Shown in pieces: positions 10,014 through 19,147 of a stretch of DNA of 64,000 bases. Numbering within the stretch: position 1 is the stretch's first letter; every line of letters begins with the position of its first letter. This stretch comes from a virus (Duplodnaviria > Heunggongvirae > Uroviricota > Caudoviricetes): the IMG/VR virus record IMGVR_UViG_3300031992_004563, positions 265,798 through 329,797 of that record. One strand, given 5' to 3'. Under the pieces are notes generated by a model, which worked only from the letters and a program-made list of their open reading frames with translations, was not told the DNA's origin and searched no databases. The translations under genes were made by a program, and so were the position numbers.

Positions 10014-10834
10014 AATTCAAATCCAAAACCAAGATTCCATCCAAAGTTTTTTCCATATGCAAATTTTTCACAGCCAATATCAAATAAATTAAATCTGATA
10101 CCAGCTAAAACATATGCATTTATAATATCATTATTGAAAAAAGAATAGTTAACAGAACATGCTAAATTATTCAATGCAAAACCTTCATGTTTCTTTTTTA
10201 CAGGATCATAATATGTATACATTGAAGGATTTGGAGAAAACCCTAATTCTGATTTTATTGTCCAGTTTTCAATCTCATGAGTGTATCTGAAATAAACATA
10301 AGTTGAATATAGCTTTTTATAAGTATTTGCGTCTTTTTCTATTTCTTCGCTATTGCCTGAAAAATAATCACCACCACCAATCATAACAGCTGCACCAATT
10401 TCTAATCCATTATTTTCTTCCATAAACATTAATGGCCGAATAATTAATTCAACTTCATCTTGAGTTGATCCTGCACGTGATTTATCATATGCAAAATTAA
10501 AATATTTTGATCCACCAAAATAATAAAAATGTGTAACCTTTGCAGTAACCCAATCACCAGGACATGTATATGATAAGTATACATCAATTTCTGGAACTAA
10601 ATGATAAAAATCTGAATATACCCCAGATCCAACATTTACCCATGTTCCTACAGTTACACCATATGCAGAAAATTCAAGCCAAGGTTGTAAACTTAAACCA
10701 CCTTCAGCAAAACCTCGCCAAGAATAATTGGCTACTGCTTCTGCACCTCCAGATAATGAAATATGTTCCCAATCGTGTGAATACATTGATAAAGAACATA
10801 CTAAACATATTAAAGTTATTAAAAATTTTTTCAT
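10010..10834 (-). CDS. Outer-membrane beta-barrel (porin-like) protein with an N-terminal signal peptide; TGA stop overlaps the next ORF in ATGA
   Basis: Signal peptide MKKFLITLICLVCSLSMYS followed by alternating aromatic/hydrophobic beta-strand pattern. Resembles Bacteroidota OMP beta-barrel proteins. Confidence 0.55.
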   Translation of the reverse strand: MKKFLITLICLVCSLSMYSHDWEHISLSGGAEAVANYSWRGFAEGGLSLQPWLEFSAYGVTVGTWVNVGSGVYSDFYHLVPEIDVYLSYTCPGDWVTAKVTHFYYFGGSKYFNFAYDKSRAGSTQDEVELIIRPLMFMEENNGLEIGAAVMIGGGDYFSGNSEEIEKDANTYKKLYSTYVYFRYTHEIENWTIKSELGFSPNPSMYTYYDPVKKKHEGFALNNLACSVNYSFFNNDIINAYVLAGIRFNLFDIGCEKFAYGKNFGWNLGFGFEL

Positions 10835-10846
10835 TATATTTTGTTT

Positions 10847-11161
10847 TTATTTTTTATTAGCAAATTGAGAATTTAATGGAGTAATTATTTGTTCAATTGG
10901 AGGTTCTTCCACCTTTACTTCATTTGTTATATTCTTTGTATTTAAACAATGATTTGGATTATGCAATTCTACTTTTAGTCCTTCAAATAATTTTTGAAGA
11001 ATTGTTTCTTCAATAACAACTTCAGGAACCAACACATTTTCAAACATATGTTCAGTTTCACATATTTGTCCTATAATAGGAGCTTTTTCTTTTACTACTA
11101 CGCCTTCATCTGTTAATGTTTCTCGTGTAAATACTATTTTATATTTTCGTGTTAAACCCAT
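10847..11161 (-). CDS. Hypothetical protein
   Basis: 104-aa ORF, co-directional minus-strand block. Confidence 0.45.
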   Translation of the reverse strand: MGLTRKYKIVFTRETLTDEGVVVKEKAPIIGQICETEHMFENVLVPEVVIEETILQKLFEGLKVELHNPNHCLNTKNITNEVKVEEPPIEQIITPLNSQFANKK

Positions 11162-11181
11162 AAATTATATAAACTTAATTT

Positions 11182-11769
11182 TTATAGGTAGTCTTTACCA
11201 TTTTCTACAATTCTCCAACAACGGTGATCCCATATATTGAATGGTTGAATATGCATACAAAATTCCTCTCTACCAGTTTTTTCATCTAATACACACCAAT
11301 AATCTTGGTCAATAAAAAATGCAACTCCTTTGCATATGCCATAAACATCTTCACCTATTTCATTTTGAACTTTTTTACCAACCCATTTTTTAAGTGTACG
11401 TCTATGATAATTATATACGCTATTTTTACTTTTTAAATCTTTATCACCAGCTTTTAATCTATCTTTAAATAGTTCATAAAGTTCTTTTGTATTAGTGACT
11501 ATACAATAATATGGACAATTATAATATGAAGAATATTCTCCATATTCCTTTTTTAAATCTTCACGTTGCTTTTTATATTCTTCAACATGTTCTGGAAATT
11601 TCTTACAATATTCATCAAATTTATCACTATCATCACATTCCATTGCATTAATTTCTGCTTTTTCTGCACGATTAATATTAGCAACTTTTTCCATGTATTC
11701 AAAGTGCCTTTCTAAATATGCTTTAGTTTTTTCTTTAAATTCCTGAATTGATACTTTTATTGCGTCCAT
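11182..11769 (-). CDS. Hypothetical protein (Cys/His-rich)
   Basis: 195-aa ORF. Confidence 0.5.
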   Translation of the reverse strand: MDAIKVSIQEFKEKTKAYLERHFEYMEKVANINRAEKAEINAMECDDSDKFDEYCKKFPEHVEEYKKQREDLKKEYGEYSSYYNCPYYCIVTNTKELYELFKDRLKAGDKDLKSKNSVYNYHRRTLKKWVGKKVQNEIGEDVYGICKGVAFFIDQDYWCVLDEKTGREEFCMHIQPFNIWDHRCWRIVENGKDYL

Positions 11770-11777
11770 ATTATTGA

Positions 11778-12170
11778 TTAAAAAGGTTTTGTATTAAAAT
11801 AATCATCAAACTTTTCTTGTTCCCACCAATCGATACTCTCAATTAGGCTTTTAATAGATTTTTCCATTGCTTTATATGATCTAAATGGTTTTTTGCTTCT
11901 TAGCCAAAATAGATATGATGGGTATGTATCACTGCCATCTGCAAGAATTTCCCATTTTCCATCACTATAATTTCTATTTACACATCTAAAAAGTTTTCCA
12001 AGCCTAACAAAATCATTACAAAAGAAAAATATCATATATCTTTCTTTTAAATGTCCACAACAACTTTCCCATGTTTCTACACCTGTTAACGAGTTAAGTT
12101 TTTGACATAACTCAACACATTCTTTATCCATATCTTCAATTGGAAGTTCTATTTGTCTATCATTTATCAT
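11778..12170 (-). CDS. Hypothetical protein (Cys-rich)
   Basis: 130-aa ORF overlapping the next gene by 4 nt. Confidence 0.5.
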   Translation of the reverse strand: MINDRQIELPIEDMDKECVELCQKLNSLTGVETWESCCGHLKERYMIFFFCNDFVRLGKLFRCVNRNYSDGKWEILADGSDTYPSYLFWLRSKKPFRSYKAMEKSIKSLIESIDWWEQEKFDDYFNTKPF

Positions 12171-13141
12171 ACATTTAATATTTGTTTTAATTGTTCTATT
12201 TCAATGTCAGATAATTTAGAAACAAATTTTGACATTTTGTTATATATTTTTTTAATCTCATTTTTCTGCTTTGTTTTTTCTTTTAGTATTGGAGTCATTT
12301 TTTCTTTATATAAACGCTTTGTTTTATTATAAATTTTAAAATGTGTTAACCATTGTCTAATTTCCCATTTAAAATTTACATCTTCAAATATATTGTGATC
12401 TTTATAGAATTTAGATTTTAATGCAGTATTAACAAACATTTCCGGAAAATCTTCTGGAATTTTTACATATGTAGAATAGCCTCTTAAATATTGCCAATGG
12501 GTATTTCCATATTTTTTTGCATCCATACATGGTTTAGAAACACCATTTTCATCTGGTTCAAAATGACATAAAAATGTTCTAAATGTATAAATTTCACGAA
12601 TGTCATCTTCATAATCCTTATAAAATTTTAATTCCCAGTTTTTTCTTAAACCAAATACAATTCCTTCGTTAGCAAATACAAAATTGCAATTTGCCTCATA
12701 ATAGCGTTTATTATTTTCATCTATATATGTATTAATAATATCTTCATATACTACTGTTTCATCTGGAATAATATCATATCCATCAGCAGATTTAAATTCT
12801 TCGTCAATAGTTTCATTAGCTTCATCTCCAGATAAACATATTTCATTTATACGTGTTCTATCGGCATAGCTTTTGCTTTGTTCATTATATGCTGGATCCT
12901 CTTCAATGTAATAAAAAATTCGTAATGCATATTTGCCATACATTATATATGCACCAGTTTTATTAACATATGTTTTGTATTTGTCAGATATATCTATAAG
13001 TTCAAAGCCACGATTGATTATCGTGACTTCTTTACCAATGATTTTTTCAAGATATTCATCTTTTCTAAAATCTGTATGAGAATTGTTTTTATTAACTACT
13101 TTAACTTTTTGTCCAATTTTGTATTTATATGTAATTTCCAT
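12167..13141 (-). CDS. Hypothetical protein
   Basis: 324-aa ORF. Confidence 0.5.
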   Translation of the reverse strand: MEITYKYKIGQKVKVVNKNNSHTDFRKDEYLEKIIGKEVTIINRGFELIDISDKYKTYVNKTGAYIMYGKYALRIFYYIEEDPAYNEQSKSYADRTRINEICLSGDEANETIDEEFKSADGYDIIPDETVVYEDIINTYIDENNKRYYEANCNFVFANEGIVFGLRKNWELKFYKDYEDDIREIYTFRTFLCHFEPDENGVSKPCMDAKKYGNTHWQYLRGYSTYVKIPEDFPEMFVNTALKSKFYKDHNIFEDVNFKWEIRQWLTHFKIYNKTKRLYKEKMTPILKEKTKQKNEIKKIYNKMSKFVSKLSDIEIEQLKQILNV

Positions 13142-13158
13142 AATTTTGTAATTTTTTG

Positions 13159-13232
13159 TACCTCGAGTGGGATTCTAACCCACAACTCCCATCTTAGAAG
13201 GATGGTACTCTATACAGTTGAGTTATCGAGGC
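13159..13232 (-). tRNA. tRNA-Arg (anticodon UCU, reads AGA)
   Basis: The minus strand reads GCCTCGA-TA-ACTC-AACTGTATA-GAGT-A-CCATC-CTTCTAA-GATGG-GAGTT-GTGGG-TTAGAAT-CCCAC-TCGAGGT-A. Acceptor, D, anticodon and T stems all pair, and loop positions 34-36 are TCT. Confidence 0.7.
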
Positions 13233-13234
13233 AT

Positions 13235-14005
13235 TTAATTTACTTTATATAAAAGTTTTTTCTTTTCATTATATCTCCAAAATTCACAATGTAATTTATT
13301 GATTATATAATTTTGCCTGTTTATGTCTCTTTGACATAAAATATTTTCATCTACATTTTCATAATGTGTAGATTCATCATATTCAAATGCAATATTTAAA
13401 TCTTTATCATAACCATCTAAAAAATATCCAGCTACTTCTATTTCCCCACCATTTTCTGCATGCTATAAATTCCAATGTTTTTCTTCATTTAATTTATTAA
13501 TATATTCACATCCCCTTTTAGAATACCTACATTTATATTTCACTTTGCATGATTTAAGATATTTTATAGTATTTAATCTTATTTTTTCTTTTTCTTCATC
13601 TGTCCATTTATGCCAATTTTGTGTCCATTTTCCATTAATATAATTTTCTTTTCTTTTTTCTACCTATTTTTTAACTCTTTCATCATTTTCAGATGTTAAT
13701 CCTTTATTCCATGCTATATGCCCTACTGTATGTCCATGATTTCCAGGATGAATTTTTCTATTTGGGTTTTCTTTACATCTATTTATATGAAATGTAATAC
13801 CAGATTTAGTAGATTTTATTTCATTATTACAATATGGACAAGTATTTGTAATTATCTCTTTAGTTCTTTTTGATATAGATTTAGTAATATTATCACACAC
13901 TACTTTATTCTTTTCATAATTTGGATTTAACTTGCAATGTGTAGAATGTCCAGCCAATTTATATTTAGATTCAAATTCTTTATTACAATATTTACATTTA
14001 AACAT
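13235..14005 (-). CDS. Homing-endonuclease-like protein (N-terminal zinc-finger/HNH-like Cys-His motifs, C-terminal YxLDGYD…NIAFEYDE nuclease-like segment); two in-frame TAGs (13664-13666, 13463-13465)
   Basis: The track ORF 13664-14005 ends in TAG. The same frame continues without TAA or TGA through a second TAG to TAA at 13235-13237, 3 nt before the tRNA-Arg 5-prime end. Motifs CKYCNKEF…HSTHC and HPGNHGH are present. Confidence 0.5.
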
Positions 14006-14034
14006 AAAAATAAAATAATTTTTATATTTATTTC

Positions 14035-14068
14035 TATGCTCTAGTCCATTGAGCTACCGAGCCAAGTT
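14035..14068 (-). pseudogene. Diverged partial copy of a tRNA 5-prime half (acceptor plus D-arm: GGCTCGGTAGCTCAATGGACTAGAGCA) immediately upstream of the endonuclease-like gene
   Basis: About 70% identical to the 5-prime 27 nt of the tRNA-Arg at 13232. No anticodon or T-arm follows. The ATG of the 13235-14005 gene lies about 30 nt downstream. Confidence 0.35.
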
Positions 14069-14274
14069 AAATTATCGTTTATAAAATTCTCTAAAAATAT
14101 CACTATGAATTTTTGAGGTTTTATTTAATTCTTTTTTATATGCTACAATTGCAATACCTGCACCTAATACAAATAAAAAACCAAATGCTATTCCAAAAAA
14201 CATTAATGCTTCCATCGTTAAACAAATTTATTTTTAATTATTATAATTATAAAAAATTAAAAGTTTAGGTAAAA

Positions 14275-15126
14275 ATGCATTTTGTACATTCATTATGGAC
14301 TAAACCTCTAATAGCTAATAGACGAAATATAGAGTTTAAAACATCATTATTAACAACTACATTATGTAATGCAGTTTCTGTTGCATGGGTTAATCATTTA
14401 GGTGGAAAAATAAACTTATATGCAGATGGTTTAGGAAGAGATATGTTAGGATTTCTTCCTTATGATAATATTTATGAATTACATGTACCTGTTCATATAC
14501 CCGTATGCACATGGGCATGTGGAAAGTTTTTAACATTAGAAAAAATGCCATTAGGCGATGTTCATATTGATGGTGATGTTTTTCTTAAATCTGAAAAACT
14601 TATTGAATTGTGTTCAGATAATTCATATGATATGGTTGTTCAATCAATAGAAAATGATAAAACAACACTTAAAAAATACTATTCAGCCGTAAGAGAACTA
14701 TTAAAGAAAAATAATATTAAGCCAAAAACATGTTCATTAGAAGAAAGTCCATCATATAATTGTGGAACAATTGGATTTTTTAATAATGAATTAAAACAAA
14801 AATATTTGATTGAATATTTTACAATGCTAAATAACATTATTAATAATAAATCATTATTAGTTGATTTAAATAAAAATTTAAATGCAATTCCTGATTTAAT
14901 AATGGAACAACAATTTCTTTATGAATTGGCTACACCATATAAAGTTAATAATCTATTAGGTGATGCAGAAACAATGTATGATAATGCAATTAAACTTAAC
15001 TATCAACATATTCTTGGAGGATTTAAAGAACAGCAATTGGATAAAATTTTGCAAGAACTTAAATATGTTGATGAAAAAATTTATAAAGAAACATTAAAAT
15101 ATATTAACTTTTTAATTAATTTTTAA
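14275..15126 (+). CDS. Hypothetical protein
   Basis: 283-aa ORF, TAA stop, followed by a hairpin. Confidence 0.5.
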   Translation: MHFVHSLWTKPLIANRRNIEFKTSLLTTTLCNAVSVAWVNHLGGKINLYADGLGRDMLGFLPYDNIYELHVPVHIPVCTWACGKFLTLEKMPLGDVHIDGDVFLKSEKLIELCSDNSYDMVVQSIENDKTTLKKYYSAVRELLKKNNIKPKTCSLEESPSYNCGTIGFFNNELKQKYLIEYFTMLNNIINNKSLLVDLNKNLNAIPDLIMEQQFLYELATPYKVNNLLGDAETMYDNAIKLNYQHILGGFKEQQLDKILQELKYVDEKIYKETLKYINFLINF

Positions 15127-15145
15127 AATTTAACATAAAAATATT

Positions 15146-15179
15146 AATGCCAATAAACTTAAGTTTGTTGGCATTTTTT
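15146..15179 (+). terminator. Hairpin terminator (AATGCCAATAAACTT…AAGTTTGTTGGCATTTTTT)
   Basis: Inverted repeat plus T-run after 14275-15126. Confidence 0.5.
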
Positions 15180-15231
15180 ATTAAAATAAATATAAAAAGT
15201 TATGCGATAAAAAATAATTTTTAAGAAAAAT

Positions 15232-18006
15232 ATGGTATATAAAAATTTAGGTTTGCCTGCTACATTAATTCATAGTGTTAATGGCAAGAAATATACTTTA
15301 AATGGAAAATTATTGGCAGTTAATGAATCTTCAAAAACATGTACAATGCAATTTGGAGATAAGCAAAGTGAAAATATTCCATTAACAGAAGTATATTTAA
15401 ATGAAGCTGCATTATCAGATCTTATTAAAAAGACTGGTAAAAAACTTAAAGATGTTGCTGGCAAATTATGGGAAAAAATTAAAGGAATTGCTAAAATTGT
15501 TGGTGGTTGGTTAGTTCCAGTTGATCAAGATGGAAATGAGTTAATTCAATACATTAATAACCCACTTAACTTAGCAGTAATGCCACTTCCTTCATCAATT
15601 TCATATGCTCCATCAGAAAGAACAATTGCATTATGTGAAGAAAATGGTGCTAAAGTTCGTAACACTGGTTCATTAGATGAAGCTTTTGGATCATTAATTG
15701 ATAATGATAAAAGCCAAATTGAGACTTATTGGTCAAGAGTAATGAAGGAATATGTTAAAAATGAAAGTTTAACATTAAGTGATACAGTTAAATTGGTTAA
15801 TGAATCATATTATCAACGCGAAACAATTGATGGCACAGAACCAATTAATGAAGCGGTGGTTTCATTAAAATCACCAAATGAAAGAATGTATGGACGTTTT
15901 GTAAATACAAATGAATTAATTAAATTAATTACAGACAATATTTTCCACCAAATGCATCCATTATATGTTCATAAAAAAGGTGATAGTTATGTAAAACCAC
16001 TTTTAATTTGGGGTGCTCCTGGTATTGGCAAAACAGCCGTTATTAAACAAGCTGCTAAATTTATGAAAGAAAACTATAATACCAAGCTTGATCTTGTTAC
16101 TATGGCATGCGGTGGTATTAAAGTGGATGACTTCAGTTTGCCAGATACAGCTAAAAACCAATATGGTCAAGAAATTGCAGTTGAAATTCCAAAAACATGG
16201 TTACCTGTATATGATATCGATGGTTTATCAAAAGAACAAATTGAAAGACTTGATGCTTTTTATAATAGTGGTAAATATCGTATTAGAGACTTTATGTCAG
16301 ATGACCTTAAAGATAGAAAAGATAAAAATGGTGAAAATGTTTTAAGCTTGGAAGATAATGGTGTTGGTGAATCATATGATGGTGGTATTTTATTCTTCGA
16401 TGAGTTTGCTCGTTTACGTCAACAAAAAGTAATGGATGTAATGATGACTCTTTGTGGTGATAGAACATACCAAAAAATGATTCTTGCATCAGGTTGGTCA
16501 ACAATTGCAGCTGCAAACCGTCTTACAGATGATAAACTTCCTGAAAATAATGTAGACTTCCGTTCTTTATGGGGTGAAGCAATGAAAACTCGTTTCACAC
16601 ACTTAACATTTGTTCCAACAAAAGTTGAATGGTTAAGATGGGCAAGAGAAGTCAATGAAGATGGATACCAAAATGTTGATGAATTAATTTGTAAATTTAT
16701 TGAAAAATCACCAGATGGTGTTTGGTATGATGCATTAGACTTTGGTTCAAGAGAAATTGCAGATCCAGATGTTGCAAGAATTCTTGGTGTTGATGCATCT
16801 TCCAAAGGCGCGAAGGGTGGTTCAAGTTCAAATGGAACATGGGGTACTAATGATTTAACACGTGATGAATTAAGAAAAGTTTCTAAATACAATTCAGATG
16901 TAAATGCAAATGTTGATAACATGGAAATGATTGCATGGAATGGCCGTACATGGGATCAAAAAATCTCACGTGTATTCTTAAGTGGTTTACGTCAATTATT
17001 CTATGGACATCCAGATTGGTACGAAGATTGCTTCTCAACACAAAAACGTGTTCGTGAATTAAATGGTGGTGCAAGTTCAGAAGAATATATTGTTAAAAAT
17101 ATAGATGTCAATAAATTAAAAACTCAATTAAATAAAGTTCCAAGAGATAGATGGTTCAATTGGACAAAAGGTATTTATGAAAAAATTGATCCAAGCCAAA
17201 ATTCAAGAAATAATGATAGATATGATTTCTTAATGAAATATCTTGGATATATTATTGAATCTGAAACAGGTAAAGGTGGTGTTCCAAGTAAAGCATGGGA
17301 TCATTATAACAGTATTGATTCAGTTATTGATGAAATTGATATCCGTGAAATTTATAATAAAGGACAACTTAGAAGCACAGCTGCAAGAAGAGATGATAAT
17401 ATGTTATTTGATACAATGGCAGATTATAGTCAAGCAACAGCTGTTAACTGGAAATCTAATATTGCAAATGTTGATGAAGTTATTTCTATTGTATTAGATG
17501 CACTTCCAAAATACATTACAGTTGATGAAATTATTAAAGATCAAAAACGTATTGAGAAATTTGCAGGTAAATATGCTGCTACTCCTGCTGATTTACAAAT
17601 GTTTAAAGATGAATATACTTTGCATTTAACAGATGAAAATGGAAAAGAAATTAAAACTGTTCCAACATTATTCTCAAAAGCACTTGAATATAATGAAGAT
17701 CTTGAAGAAAGAGTAACATTTGTATTAAAACAATCAGGTGTTGCTAAAAAACTTGCAAATGTTGCAATGTGGATTTCAAAAGTTGCAATTCAAATTAATC
17801 AAAATACTCCTATTACAGCTGCACTTGGTATTGAAGGTGAAGCAACCGATGGAACACTTGCAGATAGAGTATATAAGATTATGGAAGGCAATCAAGAAGC
17901 AATGGCATTCTATGAAAAAGATTCAGAAATTAGAAAATATAGAATCATGGATCCTGCAATTGTAATTTTGAAAGCAATGAGATTCTATAGAGAATCACAA
18001 CAATAA
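15232..18006 (+). CDS. Large AAA+ ATPase (MoxR/CobS/AAA_5-like); no in-frame TAG
   Basis: 924-aa uninterrupted ORF. Walker A LLIWGAPGIGKTAV, Walker B GGILFFDEFARL and a sensor-1-like motif STIAAANR. Confidence 0.75.
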   Translation: MVYKNLGLPATLIHSVNGKKYTLNGKLLAVNESSKTCTMQFGDKQSENIPLTEVYLNEAALSDLIKKTGKKLKDVAGKLWEKIKGIAKIVGGWLVPVDQDGNELIQYINNPLNLAVMPLPSSISYAPSERTIALCEENGAKVRNTGSLDEAFGSLIDNDKSQIETYWSRVMKEYVKNESLTLSDTVKLVNESYYQRETIDGTEPINEAVVSLKSPNERMYGRFVNTNELIKLITDNIFHQMHPLYVHKKGDSYVKPLLIWGAPGIGKTAVIKQAAKFMKENYNTKLDLVTMACGGIKVDDFSLPDTAKNQYGQEIAVEIPKTWLPVYDIDGLSKEQIERLDAFYNSGKYRIRDFMSDDLKDRKDKNGENVLSLEDNGVGESYDGGILFFDEFARLRQQKVMDVMMTLCGDRTYQKMILASGWSTIAAANRLTDDKLPENNVDFRSLWGEAMKTRFTHLTFVPTKVEWLRWAREVNEDGYQNVDELICKFIEKSPDGVWYDALDFGSREIADPDVARILGVDASSKGAKGGSSSNGTWGTNDLTRDELRKVSKYNSDVNANVDNMEMIAWNGRTWDQKISRVFLSGLRQLFYGHPDWYEDCFSTQKRVRELNGGASSEEYIVKNIDVNKLKTQLNKVPRDRWFNWTKGIYEKIDPSQNSRNNDRYDFLMKYLGYIIESETGKGGVPSKAWDHYNSIDSVIDEIDIREIYNKGQLRSTAARRDDNMLFDTMADYSQATAVNWKSNIANVDEVISIVLDALPKYITVDEIIKDQKRIEKFAGKYAATPADLQMFKDEYTLHLTDENGKEIKTVPTLFSKALEYNEDLEERVTFVLKQSGVAKKLANVAMWISKVAIQINQNTPITAALGIEGEATDGTLADRVYKIMEGNQEAMAFYEKDSEIRKYRIMDPAIVILKAMRFYRESQQ

Positions 18007-18031
18007 TTATTAAAAATAATTAAATTTGAAT

Positions 18032-18060
18032 AAAGGCATATTTTATTAAAGTATGCCTTT
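18032..18060 (+). terminator. Hairpin terminator (AAAGGCATA…TATGCCTTT)
   Basis: Inverted repeat directly after the ATPase stop codon. Confidence 0.5.
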
Positions 18061-18101
18061 ATTTATGTAAAATAAATATAAAAAATATTAAATAGAAAAA
18101 T

Positions 18102-19127
18102 ATGTCATCTATATTTAATGGGCAATTTGGAAAAAATACTACAGATGATCAAAAACGTACATATCAATGGCATGAAGATCAAGAGACACGATCAAAATAC
18201 CAATATAAAGAAAGATATAAAAGTATAAATATTTCCAAAATATTAGAAGATAAAATTCCATTAACAAGTGGTGGATATATAACAATTAAACCTGCAGCTA
18301 TTGCAGATGATGTCAAGTTAATGATGGATGAAATGAGGCGAGATCCAAAATATGAATTTATTAAGCCTTATATTCAAAAACCTGTTATTTGGACATATGA
18401 AATAGGTGCAGCATTAACAGATGGTATTCGTATTTATATGTCACCAATATTTGCAGCAACATTACTTAGTTCAAATCCTAGAACTGGTATGGGTGGTAAA
18501 GAAGCAGATGAATTTTGGAATAATTTAAATCCTACCGAACAACGTGATTCTAAAAACCGTGCACAATTCAGAATGATGAAAACTAAATATGTTAGATTTG
18601 CAATTATTCATGAAGTTTATCATATCATATATAATCACGTTAGACGTGGTATTCTTAAATATGGTTCAAATCCAACTAAACAAGAACATGATGTTGGTAA
18701 TATTTCAATGGACCTTGAAATCAATAGAGATATTGAATCAACTTTTCCAGATTTAAGAGGCTCAACAGAAAAAATTGGTGCAATATGGTATATGCATGAA
18801 AAATTCTTTAATAAAAATGGTAAGCCATTTATTAAAGATATTTGGGAAGATATATGGGATGATTTTATGAATAGAAATAAAGATTTTGATCTTTCTGATC
18901 CATTTGCAAATGAAGGAGCAAATCCTGTTCAAGAAGATAAAACTAAACAAGGCCCATTTGCAGATGGTTGGAGAAAAGCTGTTGATGCAATTAAAGGTAA
19001 AATGATTGATCCACGAACATTTAATATACCGGGTGGCTCTGGTACAATTAGTGGAAATATTAAAGACGCTTTAGACCAAATATTTAAAGCTGCCGCTGAA
19101 GGAAATGGTGTAGAAGATGAAGACTAA
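18102..19127 (+). CDS. Putative zinc metallopeptidase-like protein (HExxH: FAIIHEVYHIIYNH)
   Basis: 341-aa ORF without TAG. The HEVYH motif lies in a helix-like context. Its position between the AAA+ ATPase and the VWA protein recalls DUF2201-type metallopeptidase+VWA proteins that pair with MoxR ATPases. Confidence 0.5.
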   Translation: MSSIFNGQFGKNTTDDQKRTYQWHEDQETRSKYQYKERYKSINISKILEDKIPLTSGGYITIKPAAIADDVKLMMDEMRRDPKYEFIKPYIQKPVIWTYEIGAALTDGIRIYMSPIFAATLLSSNPRTGMGGKEADEFWNNLNPTEQRDSKNRAQFRMMKTKYVRFAIIHEVYHIIYNHVRRGILKYGSNPTKQEHDVGNISMDLEINRDIESTFPDLRGSTEKIGAIWYMHEKFFNKNGKPFIKDIWEDIWDDFMNRNKDFDLSDPFANEGANPVQEDKTKQGPFADGWRKAVDAIKGKMIDPRTFNIPGGSGTISGNIKDALDQIFKAAAEGNGVEDED

Positions 19128-19147
19128 AAATAATAATTAATTATTAT

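Noticed and set aside
13159-13232. The intact tRNA as an amber (CUA) suppressor, since CTA occurs within its anticodon loop
   Set aside because: With the only consistent stem pairing (CCATC/GATGG) the loop is CTTCTAA and positions 34-36 are TCT, giving Arg(UCU). The CTA sits at positions 35-37.
16088-17074. Multiple minus-strand and alternative-frame ORFs inside the AAA+ ATPase gene (16307-16516, 16419-16922, 16883-17074)
   Set aside because: They are embedded in a 924-aa ORF with clear Walker motifs, and the alternative ORFs have implausible composition.
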